DNA of 64,000 nucleotides from Acutalibacteraceae bacterium (lineage in GTDB: Bacteria > Bacillota > Clostridia > Oscillospirales > Acutalibacteraceae). This document shows, piece by piece, positions 1-10,045 of this stretch. The notes under the pieces were generated by a model, which ran no database searches, had not been told where the DNA came from, and saw only the letters and a program-made list of their open reading frames with translations. The stretch is from positions 27,681-91,680 of the forward strand of contig JAZQLZ010000025.1 of assembly GCA_045543075.1 (NCBI GenBank), in the 5' to 3' direction. The stretch's first letter is position 1; each line of letters opens with the position of its first letter. Made by a program: the position numbers and the translations under genes.

Positions 1-790
1 TCCCATGGGCTTTTCTAAAATTGACGAAATTACCTCAGGACTTAACCGTTCCGACCTTATTCTGATTGGTGCTCGTCCTGCTATGGGTAAAACCAGCTTT
101 GCCCTGAACATTGCCCGTAACGTTTCTATGACCGGTAAAAAAGTTATCTTCTTTTCCCTGGAAATGTCAAACGAGCAGTTGGCAGCCCGAGTTCTTTCAA
201 CTGAGGCGAGGGTAGAGTCTAATAAGTTGCGTTCAGGTGATATTTCTTCTGAGGAATGGGTTCGTCTCGCTGAGGCAACCGACAGGCTTACCAGGTGTAA
301 TCTTTATTTTGATGATACCGCATCAATTACCGTTCCTGAGATTAAATCCAAGATTAAACGGGCCAAGGATGTTGATTGTATTATTATTGACTATCTTGGT
401 TTGATGGAATCAGCAAAGAAGAAGGAAAACAGAGTTCAGGAAGTTACGGAGATTACCCGAAGTCTTAAGATGCTTGCAAAGGATCTGAAAATTCCTGTTG
501 TTGTTTGTGCTCAGCTTTCCCGTGGTCCCGAAAAGAACGGTAAGGCTTCAAACAGACCCATGCTTTCAGACCTTCGTGACTCAGGTTCTATTGAGCAGGA
601 TGCTGATATTGTTATGATGCTTTATCGTGAGGGATATTATAAAAACAGTGCCCAGAACGCCGATGAAATTGATATGACACAGGCTGATGTGGATATAGCT
701 AAAAACAGACACGGTGCAACCCAGAGGGTCAAACTTCACTGGGATGCACAATATACACTTTTCTCAACACTGGAGTACAGAGATGAATAA
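1..790 (+). CDS. dnaB: Replicative DNA helicase DnaB, C-terminal RecA-like domain (5' end outside window)
   Basis: ORF open to window edge. Walker A GARPAMGKTSF, Walker B IIIDYLGLM and SGSIEQDAD helicase motifs. Stop TAA at 788-790. Confidence 0.95.
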   Translation, partial: PMGFSKIDEITSGLNRSDLILIGARPAMGKTSFALNIARNVSMTGKKVIFFSLEMSNEQLAARVLSTEARVESNKLRSGDISSEEWVRLAEATDRLTRCNLYFDDTASITVPEIKSKIKRAKDVDCIIIDYLGLMESAKKKENRVQEVTEITRSLKMLAKDLKIPVVVCAQLSRGPEKNGKASNRPMLSDLRDSGSIEQDADIVMMLYREGYYKNSAQNADEIDMTQADVDIAKNRHGATQRVKLHWDAQYTLFSTLEYRDE

Positions 791-2147
791 ATATACGCTC
801 GTTGTCAGGAACAAGGTATTGAAAGCCATCTCGGACTATTCCATGCTTCAGGGTGCTTCAAAGATTGTTGTCGGTTTTTCCGGCGGGGCAGATTCGGTGT
901 GTTTATTACATATTCTGAATTCTTTGAAGGATGATTTTGATTATGAAATCATTGGCGCTCACGTTAACCATGGAATCCGTGGTGACGAAGCAGTAAGAGA
1001 TGCTGATTTTGTGCGTGATTTTTGTGAAAATATTGGTGTTGAGTTTAAATTGCTTAATACTGATTGTGTGAAAATAGCAAGAGAATCCGGCGAAAGCGTT
1101 GAGGAATGCGGCAGACGCATAAGATATGACTTTTTTTACAGTTTAGCAAATTATGATGTAAGAGTTGCTACTGCACATAACTCCAACGACAATGCAGAAA
1201 CGGTTTTATTTAATATTTCCAGGGGCTCAACAATCAAAGGCGGTGGCGGAATTCCCCCTGTAAGAGGGATTATAATCAGACCGTTGATTTATTGCAGCCG
1301 TAAAGAAATTGAGGGGTATTGCCGCGAGAATAATCTTCAGTTTGTTACTGACAGTACAAATTTATGTGACGATTACACGAGAAATAAAATCCGACATAAG
1401 GTCCTTCCTGTTTTGGAAGAGATAAATTCTGAGGTCGTTTCCAATTTTGCGCATTTCAGTTCAAATGCCCGTGAGGTTACTGAATATATTCAGAACGAAG
1501 CTCTTGAAATTATAAAGAAATGTGATAATGGTGACGGCACTTATAATGTCAAAAAACTTCTTTCTTTTAAACCCGTTATAGTGCGTGAGGCTTTTGTTCT
1601 TTTGTTTGTGGGCTGGTCTGACAAGTCACTTGAACGAAAAAAAATTGATGAACTTTACGATTTACTTACAAAGTCGGGTAGAATTCAGGTTTACGGCAAT
1701 ATTTTTGCGGAAGCTGTAAAAGGTAGCTTCCGATTTTTCATTAAAGAAAATACTGAAAAGCCCGAACCTGTTTGTGTTGAAAGCTTTCCTTTTAAGTCTC
1801 AATTTGGCGACTACATAATTAATATCAGAGATATTTCTCAAAGTTCAGAAAAAATTAATAAAAAGGTATTGGATAATTTAATAGATTGTGATAAAATCGT
1901 AGGAAATGTTTTCCTGCGAACAAGGATTGAAGGAGATAAAATTACTCTTGCAAACCGCAAAGTAACAAAAACTTTGAAAAAACTCTTTAATGAGCTGAAT
2001 ATTCCTGTTGAAAAGCGCGATTCGTTACCTGTTTTGTGTGACGATAATGGTGTTTTATGGGTTTATTCTGTTGGTGTTGATGCAAGATGTCGCGTTAAAG
2101 CTAATTCCGGTAATATTATTTTTGTTGGGGGAGAAAATAATGATTAG
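783..2147 (+). CDS. tilS: tRNA(Ile)-lysidine synthase
   Basis: PP-loop [13 protein letters not shown]. Conserved tilS-hpt-ftsH order. ATG at 783 overlaps the dnaB stop and follows GGAG; the track ORF start at 714 lies inside dnaB. Confidence 0.9.
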   Translation: MNKYTLVVRNKVLKAISDYSMLQGASKIVVGFSGGADSVCLLHILNSLKDDFDYEIIGAHVNHGIRGDEAVRDADFVRDFCENIGVEFKLLNTDCVKIARESGESVEECGRRIRYDFFYSLANYDVRVATAHNSNDNAETVLFNISRGSTIKGGGGIPPVRGIIIRPLIYCSRKEIEGYCRENNLQFVTDSTNLCDDYTRNKIRHKVLPVLEEINSEVVSNFAHFSSNAREVTEYIQNEALEIIKKCDNGDGTYNVKKLLSFKPVIVREAFVLLFVGWSDKSLERKKIDELYDLLTKSGRIQVYGNIFAEAVKGSFRFFIKENTEKPEPVCVESFPFKSQFGDYIINIRDISQSSEKINKKVLDNLIDCDKIVGNVFLRTRIEGDKITLANRKVTKTLKKLFNELNIPVEKRDSLPVLCDDNGVLWVYSVGVDARCRVKANSGNIIFVGGENND

Positions 2148-2694
2148 TAATGATATGCTTCAGGACATTGACCGTGTTTTAATTTCTGAGGAAGAGCTGG
2201 CAAATATTGTCAAGACTTTAGGTCAAAGAATTACAGAAGACTACAAGGATAAGGATTTACTTCTTGTCAGTATTCTCAAGGGCTCAGTTATTTTTATGGC
2301 TGATCTTATGCGTGAGGTTAAGGTGCCTTGCAATATCGACTTTATGGCGGTTTCAAGCTACGGTTCAGGAACAAAGTCAAGCGGTGTGGTTAAAATTATA
2401 AAGGACCTTGATGCTTCAATCGAAGGTAAGGATTTACTTATTGTTGAGGATATTCTTGACAGCGGCAGAACTCTCAGCTATATTCGTGAAATACTTCTTG
2501 CCCGTAATCCAAAGAGTATAAAAATATGCACTCTTTTCGATAAACCCGAAAGACGCGATGTTGATTTGTATGCTGATTATATCGGCTCCTGTGTGCCTAA
2601 CGAGTTTATTGTCGGTTATGGTCTTGATTATGATGAGTATTACAGAAATCTTCCCTATATCGGTGTTTTAAAAAGGTCTGTCTATGAAGATTGA
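2140..2694 (+). CDS. hpt: Hypoxanthine phosphoribosyltransferase
   Basis: PRPP-binding loop [17 protein letters not shown] at 2140 lies 6 nt after GGGGGAG and overlaps the tilS stop; the longer track ORF (2008) is an out-of-frame overlap with tilS. Confidence 0.92.
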   Translation: MISNDMLQDIDRVLISEEELANIVKTLGQRITEDYKDKDLLLVSILKGSVIFMADLMREVKVPCNIDFMAVSSYGSGTKSSGVVKIIKDLDASIEGKDLLIVEDILDSGRTLSYIREILLARNPKSIKICTLFDKPERRDVDLYADYIGSCVPNEFIVGYGLDYDEYYRNLPYIGVLKRSVYED

Positions 2695-2735
2695 CGGAAT
2701 TTATTTCCATAGAATAGTAAGTGAGGTGAGCTGTT

Positions 2736-4697
2736 ATTAAACACAGCGAAAAAATTAAATCAGTTTTACCATATGTTCTTATACCTCTTGCACTAATAAT
2801 TTTTATTGGCTTATATTCAGGTGGTACTGCCAAGAAAACAAAATTAGAGTATTATCAGGTTGTTGAATATTTCGATAATGGTAAAATCACAGAGTATGAA
2901 CTTAATATCGGTACAGGTGCACTTAAGTTTAAGTTAGCGGACGGTACTTCGAAAAAATATACTGTTCCCAATGTTAACCTGTTCCTTGAAGATGTTCATG
3001 ATGATGTTGTTGAATTTAACCGTGCAAACCCCGATAAACCGATTAAATTCAATTATGTCTCGGGAGCTTCTTATTCATTCTGGCTTCAGCTTATTCCCAT
3101 AGTTTTGGGTATCGGTTTCCTGATTGTTGCAGGTTATATACTGATGAAGAGAATGAACAACACAATTACCTCAGAGAATAACAGGGCGATGAGCTTCGGT
3201 AAAGCCCGTGTAAAATTCGGTAAGGATGAAAAACGCAAAACCACTTTCAAAGAGGTTGCAGGTGCTGACGAAGAAAAGGAAGAGCTCCAGGAAATTGTTG
3301 AATTCCTTAAAGATCCCAGAAAGTTCACGGAACTCGGTGCGCGTATTCCTAAGGGTGTACTTCTCGTTGGCCCTCCCGGTACAGGTAAAACCTTACTTGC
3401 GAGAGCCGTGGCAGGCGAGGCAGATGTACCATTCTTCTCAATTTCAGGTTCTGATTTCGTTGAGATGTATGTGGGTGTCGGTGCTTCCCGTGTGCGTGAC
3501 CTTTTTGACCAGGCAAAGAAGAGCTCTCCTGCAATTATTTTCATTGACGAAATTGATGCTGTTGGTCGTCACCGTGGCGCAGGCATGGGTGGCGGTCACG
3601 ATGAACGCGAACAGACTCTTAACCAGTTGCTTGTTGAAATGGACGGTTTCGGTAACAACGAAGGCATTATAATTATTGCCGCTACTAACCGCCCCGATAT
3701 TCTTGACCCTGCGTTACTGCGTCCCGGTCGATTTGACCGTCAGGTAACTGTGGGCAGACCCGACCTTAAGGGTAGAGAAGAGATTCTCAGAGTTCACGCA
3801 AAGAATAAGCCTCTTGCACCGGATGTTGACTTGAAAACAGTTGCTCACGGTACAGTTGGTTTCGTTGGTGCAGACCTCGAAAATCTTCTCAATGAAGCGG
3901 CTTTGCTTGCTGCTAAACGAAACAAAAAGGCAGTTACTATGACTGAAATTGATGAAGCAACAATTAAGGTTGAGGTTGGTGCTGAAAAGAAATCAAGAAA
4001 ATATACCGAAAAAGATAAAAAGATTACTGCTTTCCACGAGGCAGGTCACGCAGTTTCGGCATATTATCTTGAAAATTGTGAGCCTGTATATGAGGTTTCT
4101 ATCATTCCTCGCGGTATGGCAGGGGGATATACCCTGTATCGTCAGGATGAAGATTCAACCCATATGTTAAAATCTGCAATGATTGACAGAATTGTTTCTG
4201 CCATGGGCGGCAGAGTTGCTGAGCAGATAACATTCGGCGATATTTCAACAGGTGCTTCTCAGGATATTGCTCACTCAACCGAAATTGCAAGAGCAATGGT
4301 TACCAAATACGGTATGAGCAGTAAGCTTGGTCCCGTTCTTTACGGTAAGGATAACAATGAAGTTTTCCTCGGCATGGATTACTCAAACTCAAAGAATTAC
4401 TCCGACACTTACGCAACTCTTATTGATGAGGAAGTTCAGAGAATACTCAGTGAGTGTTATCAGAAGTGTGAGGAGCTTCTTACAATTCATAATGATAAAT
4501 TAACCCTCATTGCCGAGACTCTTATTAAAGAAGAAAAAATCGGCAAAGATAAATTCCTTCAGCTTATGGACGAAAATTATGTTCCTGTTGCAGAGGAAGC
4601 AAAAGGGGAAGCAGTTGAGGAAACTGAAATTCAGGAAACTGTTGTTTCTGAGGAAACTGAGCTTTCAGTTGAAAATCCTGCATCTTCCGAAGAATAA
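2736..4697 (+). CDS. ftsH: ATP-dependent zinc metalloprotease FtsH (proposed non-canonical ATT start)
   Basis: AAA Walker A GPPGTGKT, Walker [10 protein letters not shown], zinc motif HEAGH. The same frame stays open from the stop at 2727-2729 and encodes TM1 ([19 protein letters not shown]) plus an FtsH_ext-like domain upstream of the first TTG (3105). ATT at 2736 lies 7 nt after GAGGTG. Confidence 0.85.
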   Translation: MKHSEKIKSVLPYVLIPLALIIFIGLYSGGTAKKTKLEYYQVVEYFDNGKITEYELNIGTGALKFKLADGTSKKYTVPNVNLFLEDVHDDVVEFNRANPDKPIKFNYVSGASYSFWLQLIPIVLGIGFLIVAGYILMKRMNNTITSENNRAMSFGKARVKFGKDEKRKTTFKEVAGADEEKEELQEIVEFLKDPRKFTELGARIPKGVLLVGPPGTGKTLLARAVAGEADVPFFSISGSDFVEMYVGVGASRVRDLFDQAKKSSPAIIFIDEIDAVGRHRGAGMGGGHDEREQTLNQLLVEMDGFGNNEGIIIIAATNRPDILDPALLRPGRFDRQVTVGRPDLKGREEILRVHAKNKPLAPDVDLKTVAHGTVGFVGADLENLLNEAALLAAKRNKKAVTMTEIDEATIKVEVGAEKKSRKYTEKDKKITAFHEAGHAVSAYYLENCEPVYEVSIIPRGMAGGYTLYRQDEDSTHMLKSAMIDRIVSAMGGRVAEQITFGDISTGASQDIAHSTEIARAMVTKYGMSSKLGPVLYGKDNNEVFLGMDYSNSKNYSDTYATLIDEEVQRILSECYQKCEELLTIHNDKLTLIAETLIKEEKIGKDKFLQLMDENYVPVAEEAKGEAVEETEIQETVVSEETELSVENPASSEE

Positions 4698-4702
4698 AAA
4701 TT

Positions 4703-4742
4703 CACCTCGTATTGAACCAACAATACGAGGTGCTTTTATTTT
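4703..4742. terminator. Bidirectional intrinsic terminator between ftsH (+) and the HAD gene (-)
   Basis: Perfect 12-bp stem CACCTCGTATTG/CAATACGAGGTG (4703-4714, 4721-4732), then CTTTTATTTT on plus and an A-run upstream serving the minus strand. Confidence 0.8.
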
Positions 4743-5406
4743 AAAATTGATTATAGATTTCTGAATAATCGTTTATGTAAACACTGCAAAGCTTTTTAAC
4801 CTTTTCAGGGTCAGCAGGCTCGGAAACATCATTAATGCCTACGATTTTATAGCCCGCTTTGTTGGCTGTTTCAATGGCATAAAGTGCATCCTCAAACACA
4901 AAGGTTGTGTCTTTTTCGGTACCTAAATGTTCCAGGGCTTTGTCGTAAATTACGGGTGTGTCTTTACCTGCACCAACACTTGTGCAAGTGAAAATTTCGG
5001 AGAAATATTCGCGGATTCCGTTGCGTTCGAGTGCTTTTTCAACCATGTATTTATCAGTCGCAGTAGCAACGCACATTTTTACATTTCTTTTTTTTAGATA
5101 CTCTAAAAATTCGGGAACACCATCCTTAAGACCGACTTGTTTGAAATAAAAATCCTCCACAAGAGCATTTATGCTTTTAACAATATCCATTACGGTTTTG
5201 TCAGGTGCATAGTTTTTTATGTAGTGCTCAGCAGCTTGTACAAGGCTGAGCTTCACGAATTCTTCTGATGCACCTGGCGGAGGTGTTATACCTTCATTTT
5301 CAAGAAATTTAAGACCGATTTCACTCCATATGTACATAGAATCAAGTAATGTGCCGTCAAGGTCGAAAATAGCACCTGTAATATTTTTTAGAGCTTTGTT
5401 TTCCAT
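4741..5406 (-). CDS. HAD-superfamily hydrolase (beta-phosphoglucomutase-like subfamily IA)
   Basis: Motif I FDLDGTLLDS near the N-terminus and a C-terminal FEDALYAIETANKAG motif typical of HAD-IA. Confidence 0.8.
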   Translation of the reverse strand: MENKALKNITGAIFDLDGTLLDSMYIWSEIGLKFLENEGITPPPGASEEFVKLSLVQAAEHYIKNYAPDKTVMDIVKSINALVEDFYFKQVGLKDGVPEFLEYLKKRNVKMCVATATDKYMVEKALERNGIREYFSEIFTCTSVGAGKDTPVIYDKALEHLGTEKDTTFVFEDALYAIETANKAGYKIVGINDVSEPADPEKVKKLCSVYINDYSEIYNQF

Positions 5407-5407
5407 A

Positions 5408-6046
5408 TTAGCCTCCTATTTTATAACTGCCGTGTTCACCGTTCCAGATAATTAAAAGCTTACCTTTTTCAACTGAAATGGAGGAACCTTCGGCGATGAA
5501 TTCATTGCTTACGCCCAAGGGAAAGTCGGGGGATATTTGTGCATTGCTCAGAGTGTATAATAAATTATTTATATCAACACCTTCAGCTATATCGGAAACT
5601 GCAAATACAGAAATGATTCCTTTGTTTTCTTTTGTAAAGGATATAGTGTTTTCCTTCAGAACAGTGAGAAAAGTGTCGTTATCAATGAAAACACTCGTAC
5701 CACCTTTTTCTGCAATATACGAAGCCGTGCCGATACTTGCAATGGTATGGTCAAGTCTGCCACCCAGACACCCGTATATTATAAAATTATTATATCCTTT
5801 ATCAAACGCTGTATCAACAGCCAGAATTGTGTCTGTTTCGTCTTTTTTTACAGGGTGTACAATAACATTTTCGCCGTCTGGTACATAGTTGAGAGAATCA
5901 AAGTCACCAACAAGATAATCTGCTGTTATTCCAAGCTTTTCAAGAGTTTTAACGCCCGCATCCGCGGCTATAATCAAATCATCTTTCTGCGGTTTAACAG
6001 GGAATTTTGATACGGGCATTGCTCCGAATATAAAACAAGTTTTCAT
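5408..6046 (-). CDS. thiN: Thiamine diphosphokinase
   Basis: 212 aa with GDFDS and KDETD motifs and the TPK catalytic plus B1-binding domain length. One nt from the downstream HAD gene. Confidence 0.8.
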   Translation of the reverse strand: MKTCFIFGAMPVSKFPVKPQKDDLIIAADAGVKTLEKLGITADYLVGDFDSLNYVPDGENVIVHPVKKDETDTILAVDTAFDKGYNNFIIYGCLGGRLDHTIASIGTASYIAEKGGTSVFIDNDTFLTVLKENTISFTKENKGIISVFAVSDIAEGVDINNLLYTLSNAQISPDFPLGVSNEFIAEGSSISVEKGKLLIIWNGEHGSYKIGG

Positions 6047-6091
6047 TTAATCACCATAGTATAAAACCGCTGTCAAAAACAGCGGTTGATT

Positions 6092-6583
6092 TCAGAAAAT
6101 TCCGTATGTGATAAGGGACATTATGAGTCCTGCAATGAATACGCCCAATGCAATAATCGGGAGACATTTTTTCATTCTTAAGTCCATCATTGCAGCAATA
6201 AGTGCGCCTGTCCATCCACCGGTACCGGGAAGAGGAATAGCAATGAATATCAGTAAGCCCCATTCCTTGTATTTTTCAATAGTGCCTTTTTTCTTCTCTG
6301 CTCTTGCTTCAAGCTTGTCAACAATTTTGCCTAAAAACTTTACCTTGCGCATAAGCTTGAATATTTTCCTGATGAAAAGAAGAATGAAGGGGATGGGCAG
6401 CATATTGGCAAGGTAGCAAATAATAAAAGCCTGAATAAAATTGATGTCTAGAGCTCTTGCGGCAATCATACCTCCGCGGAGTTCGAGTACCGGAAAAAGC
6501 GAAACTATAAAAGGAATAAGTTGAGTCGGAATGTTATAGCTTTCTAAAAATTCAACAAAAGCATTTACAATATTTTCAACCAT
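6092..6583 (-). CDS. Small multidrug-export-family membrane protein (COG2426-like)
   Basis: 163 aa, about 4 TM segments, VLELRGGMIAA motif near the N-terminus. Start overlaps the upstream NUDIX gene stop by 8 nt. Confidence 0.55.
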   Translation of the reverse strand: MVENIVNAFVEFLESYNIPTQLIPFIVSLFPVLELRGGMIAARALDINFIQAFIICYLANMLPIPFILLFIRKIFKLMRKVKFLGKIVDKLEARAEKKKGTIEKYKEWGLLIFIAIPLPGTGGWTGALIAAMMDLRMKKCLPIIALGVFIAGLIMSLITYGIF

Positions 6584-7325
6584 TTTCTACCTCGCTGATA
6601 TATTTATTTTCAATGAGAAAATTATGTGTATCCTTCAGTATGGCTTTATCGTTTTCAAATTTAAGACAGTTGTGAGCACTTTCAAATGGCAACCAGATAT
6701 AGTCTTCAATTTCTTCAGGCTGTATTTTAGTGTGCTCGTCATCGGTAGTTGCTGCAAAAATCTGGACTGTTTTTTGTATTCTGTTCTGAATAGTGTACTG
6801 TGATTTACTGACAAAGCCGGGGAAGATTTTAATCCTTATACCGGCTTCTTCGTAAACTTCGCGTATTGCGGTTTCTTCGAGAGTTTCGCCGTCTTCTACG
6901 TGGCCTTTAGGGAAGCTCCAGTTTGAGCTGCGGCGGTTTTTAATAAGGAGATATCTAATAGTTCCGCCAATGTTTCTGTAAACAACCGCACCGCATGATC
7001 GCTCATAATAACATTCAATAACAAAGGGCCTTCCGGTTGTATAGAAGCTGACAAGCTTTTTAATTTCCCAATCAATAAATTTTTTTGATTTGGGGGCGGC
7101 AACGAGCTTTTGTTCGCCGTTGTCCTTGAAGCGCAATATAGCAATTACTCGTCCGTCGAAGTGTTTAACGGGATTATCTATACCCAGAATAATAACACCG
7201 CTTATGGGTGAAGTTTCGCGGAATTTACCGATGGGTGTGCCGTGGTTAAGTTTGTAAACATTACCATCAGGCAAAGGGGTACCAACTGCTTCGGTAACCG
7301 CAACCCGAATTAATTTGCCTAACAT
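6576..7325 (-). CDS. NUDIX hydrolase with an uncharacterised N-terminal domain
   Basis: Nudix box GHVEDGETLEETAIREVYEEAGI. ATG at 7325 lies 9 nt after GAGG; the track ORF starts at GTG 7340. Confidence 0.8.
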   Translation of the reverse strand: MLGKLIRVAVTEAVGTPLPDGNVYKLNHGTPIGKFRETSPISGVIILGIDNPVKHFDGRVIAILRFKDNGEQKLVAAPKSKKFIDWEIKKLVSFYTTGRPFVIECYYERSCGAVVYRNIGGTIRYLLIKNRRSSNWSFPKGHVEDGETLEETAIREVYEEAGIRIKIFPGFVSKSQYTIQNRIQKTVQIFAATTDDEHTKIQPEEIEDYIWLPFESAHNCLKFENDKAILKDTHNFLIENKYISEVENG

Positions 7326-7456
7326 TAAAGTTAACCTCACAAAAATCGTAAAAATCTATTCTTGATTATAAAACTTTTTTTAACCACTTTCAATATACAA
7401 ATTTGTTATAATTGGGCAAAGTTTTTTGTTGTTTTCATTCAAAATTAATAATATAA

Positions 7457-7478
7457 CGGAGAAACGTGTGTTTCTCCG
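7457..7478 (-). terminator. Hairpin immediately after the thyX stop
   Basis: CGGAGAAAC-GTGT-GTTTCTCCG perfect 9-bp stem, 8 nt downstream of the stop at 7486. The U-tract is only moderate on the minus strand and stronger on plus. Confidence 0.5.
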
Positions 7479-7485
7479 TTGTTTT

Positions 7486-8871
7486 TTAAAGTTTTTTAAT
7501 TGTTTCAATAACCTCGGCAGCTTTTCCGCAGGTTAAAGGACCCTCGGGACATTTTGATACATAGCAGCTGGGACCGTAAAAGTCAAAAACAGTTTTATCT
7601 GCTTCACGAAGCTTTTTAAGCATATCAATTGCGAAATCTCTGATTTCCCACTGTGCACGGTTGCAGGAACGAAGCTTCATAAACAAGAGAAGCTCGCGGC
7701 CGTTGATGGTTGTAACAATATCAACAGTGTTACCGCTTAACTGTAAATAAGCAAGCAATTCCTCGCAAATGCCGTTATCTTTTAATTCATCGTATAAATC
7801 TGCAGTTTTTATAAACGCCTGACAAAATCTTTCCTTAAGGTCGGGTCTTACAGAAATTGTCTCGGGTAAAATGTGTCTTCTTCTGTCTGTTAATGTAAGG
7901 GAGGGAATGCCGATTGACTGCATTCTGTGTCTTGCAAAATGTGTTAAGCAGGAGAGGGAAACATTATTGATTCTGAATGTGAATGTTACTGCCTCAAGAG
8001 GTCTCTGTCTTTTGGAGTTAATAACATTTTTAATAATTGATGCACATTCATTTTCGTTATCTGTAATTTTTTCAATCTGAGCAGTGGGAAGGTTGCATGA
8101 CTCAATAAGAGCGGCTCTTGCAATCACTTTAGAAGCGTCGGGAGTATAGCTGAGAAGCTCAACGGGAGCCTGATTTTTGATTAATTCAGCATCGGGCTTG
8201 TAATTGAATTTAGGTACATCCTGAACGGCGGGACGGCGGTTTTCAAAGTCTGTGAAAATACCGGGTGTAAGTCTGCGTGCCTGTTCAAGTAATGCTTCGC
8301 CAAGTGTTTTTATTTCAGCAAATTCTGAGCCCCTTCCGTAAATCATTGCATATAGCATATTGATCATTTCACGGGCATTGAGCGTGCAATAGAAGTTACT
8401 GTAAAGAGAGTAGGGAAGAAGGAAGCGGGCATCTTCTTTCGGGATGCCGGCATCAATAAATGCTTCATATTCTTTGTAAAGATAATCCATATGAGCCATA
8501 TATTTGTCATGAACGGATTTTGAAGCAAAGTGCGGCACATAATAGCCTAACTTTGCAAAGTCAACATAGCGTCTTGATTTAACGGTAAATGAAGCAAGAC
8601 GGAATTCGATCACGAACTGCTCAACGAGCACAGAAACATTCTGGAAAGCGAGGTTGAAAACAGTATGCTCAACTGTTGAGTTGTGACCTGAACGGGTAAC
8701 CTTTGAAATGAGATTTGCGTTTTTATCGGCATCTTTTGACAATTCGAGTATTTCAAGTGCTGTACCGGGTTGTGTGGAAATCCTGCCTGAAGCAGCGGGT
8801 ATTCTTTCGCCGGTATCGGTAAGACCGATAATGATCGCTTTTGAGTTAGTGTTAAATTCCGTTGTTGCCAT
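7486..8871 (-). CDS. thyX: FAD-dependent thymidylate synthase ThyX, fused tandem-domain form
   Basis: 461 aa, about twice a normal ThyX. N-half has SGHNSTVEH and a degenerate EFRLASFTVKSRRY motif. C-half has the canonical ThyX motif ARHRMQS. Confidence 0.75.
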   Translation of the reverse strand: MATTEFNTNSKAIIIGLTDTGERIPAASGRISTQPGTALEILELSKDADKNANLISKVTRSGHNSTVEHTVFNLAFQNVSVLVEQFVIEFRLASFTVKSRRYVDFAKLGYYVPHFASKSVHDKYMAHMDYLYKEYEAFIDAGIPKEDARFLLPYSLYSNFYCTLNAREMINMLYAMIYGRGSEFAEIKTLGEALLEQARRLTPGIFTDFENRRPAVQDVPKFNYKPDAELIKNQAPVELLSYTPDASKVIARAALIESCNLPTAQIEKITDNENECASIIKNVINSKRQRPLEAVTFTFRINNVSLSCLTHFARHRMQSIGIPSLTLTDRRRHILPETISVRPDLKERFCQAFIKTADLYDELKDNGICEELLAYLQLSGNTVDIVTTINGRELLLFMKLRSCNRAQWEIRDFAIDMLKKLREADKTVFDFYGPSCYVSKCPEGPLTCGKAAEVIETIKKL

Positions 8872-9021
8872 AGCTTTTCCTCCGTCAAGTGATATACATA
8901 TAACTTTCTACATTCTAACACATATTGTTGTTAAATTCAAGAACAAGTTAAACACGGAAATAATGCGGCAAATAATTAGTAAATATTTTGTAATTTATTT
9001 AATAATTATATATTAATTAAC

Positions 9022-9050
9022 TTGAAAATATGTGGCTGTTGTGCTATGAT
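9022..9050 (+). promoter_or_regulatory. Sigma-A-type promoter for the alpha/beta hydrolase gene
   Basis: TTGAAA (9022-9027), 17-nt spacer, TGC-TATGAT extended -10 (9045-9050). Confidence 0.5.
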
Positions 9051-9108
9051 GTTTTAAATAGTGGGTGAATATTGTTTTTTGCTCATTCAACAGAAGGAGG
9101 CTCATTTT

Positions 9109-10035
9109 ATGGCAATAATAAAAAAGGAAGCTTACTTTAATTCCTCAACAGGCGTTGACAAGATTCGTACTCTTATCTGGTATGATGATTCGGTTGAATT
9201 AAAAGGTGTTTTTCAGATAGCTCACGGAGTTTGTGAGCATATCGCAAGATATGATAATTTTGCGGTATTCCTTGCCAAAAACGGCTATGTTGTATGCGGT
9301 AACGACCATATCGGTCACGGAAAATCGGTTGCAAATGAAGCAGATTTGGGTTTCACCGCCGAAAGAGAAGGTTATCGCCGTTTTGTTGACGATATGCATA
9401 TTCTCTATTCAATAATGCATAAGAGATATCCTGATTTACCGTACTATCTCTTCGGTCACAGTATGGGTTCACTCTGCGCAAGAGTATATGCGAGCACATT
9501 TGGCAGCGAACTTTCAGGTCTTGTTATCTGCGGTACCGCTCAGGTTCCGTCGGGTCTCGGTATGTTTGTGGATACCTTGGAAAACGCTGTTGAAAAATTC
9601 GGTCCCAGAACAGTTAATCATTTCCTGGCATCAATGCTTAATAAGGTTTCATCTCTTCGTATTTCCGACAGACAGACAGACTTGGACTGGCTCAGCGTAA
9701 ACAAGCAGAATGTTGAAGATTATATCAAGGACCCCCTTTGCGGTCAGGAGCTTTCTCTTGCAGGCATCAGAGACCTTGCTACAATCGGTATTCTTGCTTG
9801 TGACAAAATGTGGCCTGCAACAATCCCTGTTGACTTACCCATTCTCATTATCTCCGGTGCTCTTGATCCCGTCGGATCTAACGGCAGAGGCCCTATTGCC
9901 TGTGCAGATTCTCTTGTTGAAACAGGTCATGAGCCCACCGTTTTGATTTATCCTTGTTGCCGTCACGAGATTCTCAATGAGGATAATAAAGAGAAAATTT
10001 ATAACGATATTTTAGGTTGGCTTATTCAACCATAA
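9109..10035 (+). CDS. Alpha/beta hydrolase (lysophospholipase / monoacylglycerol-lipase-like)
   Basis: Nucleophile elbow GHSMGS, HG oxyanion motif (AHGVCEH) and a C-terminal His context (CRHEILNE). ATG 9109 follows GGAGG; the track start is GTG 9061. Confidence 0.8.
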   Translation: MAIIKKEAYFNSSTGVDKIRTLIWYDDSVELKGVFQIAHGVCEHIARYDNFAVFLAKNGYVVCGNDHIGHGKSVANEADLGFTAEREGYRRFVDDMHILYSIMHKRYPDLPYYLFGHSMGSLCARVYASTFGSELSGLVICGTAQVPSGLGMFVDTLENAVEKFGPRTVNHFLASMLNKVSSLRISDRQTDLDWLSVNKQNVEDYIKDPLCGQELSLAGIRDLATIGILACDKMWPATIPVDLPILIISGALDPVGSNGRGPIACADSLVETGHEPTVLIYPCCRHEILNEDNKEKIYNDILGWLIQP

Positions 10036-10045
10036 GGAGTAAGTT

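Noticed and set aside
714-782. Longer starts proposed by the ORF track for tilS (714), hpt (2008), miaA (16346), rpsB (39051), the GntR gene (56488), the ACT gene (60527) and the hydrolase (9061).
   Set aside because: Each extension overlaps the preceding gene or a promoter/leader and lacks an SD. An internal start with a well-spaced GGAGG-type SD reproduces the canonical N-terminus of the family.
3134-3544. Antisense and alternative-frame ORFs inside ftsH (3134-3544 minus, 3226-3672 plus, 3349-3534 minus, 3949-4170 plus, 4102-4296 minus).
   Set aside because: All lie fully inside the strongly supported FtsH frame, lack RBS and have low-complexity or biased composition typical of shadow ORFs.
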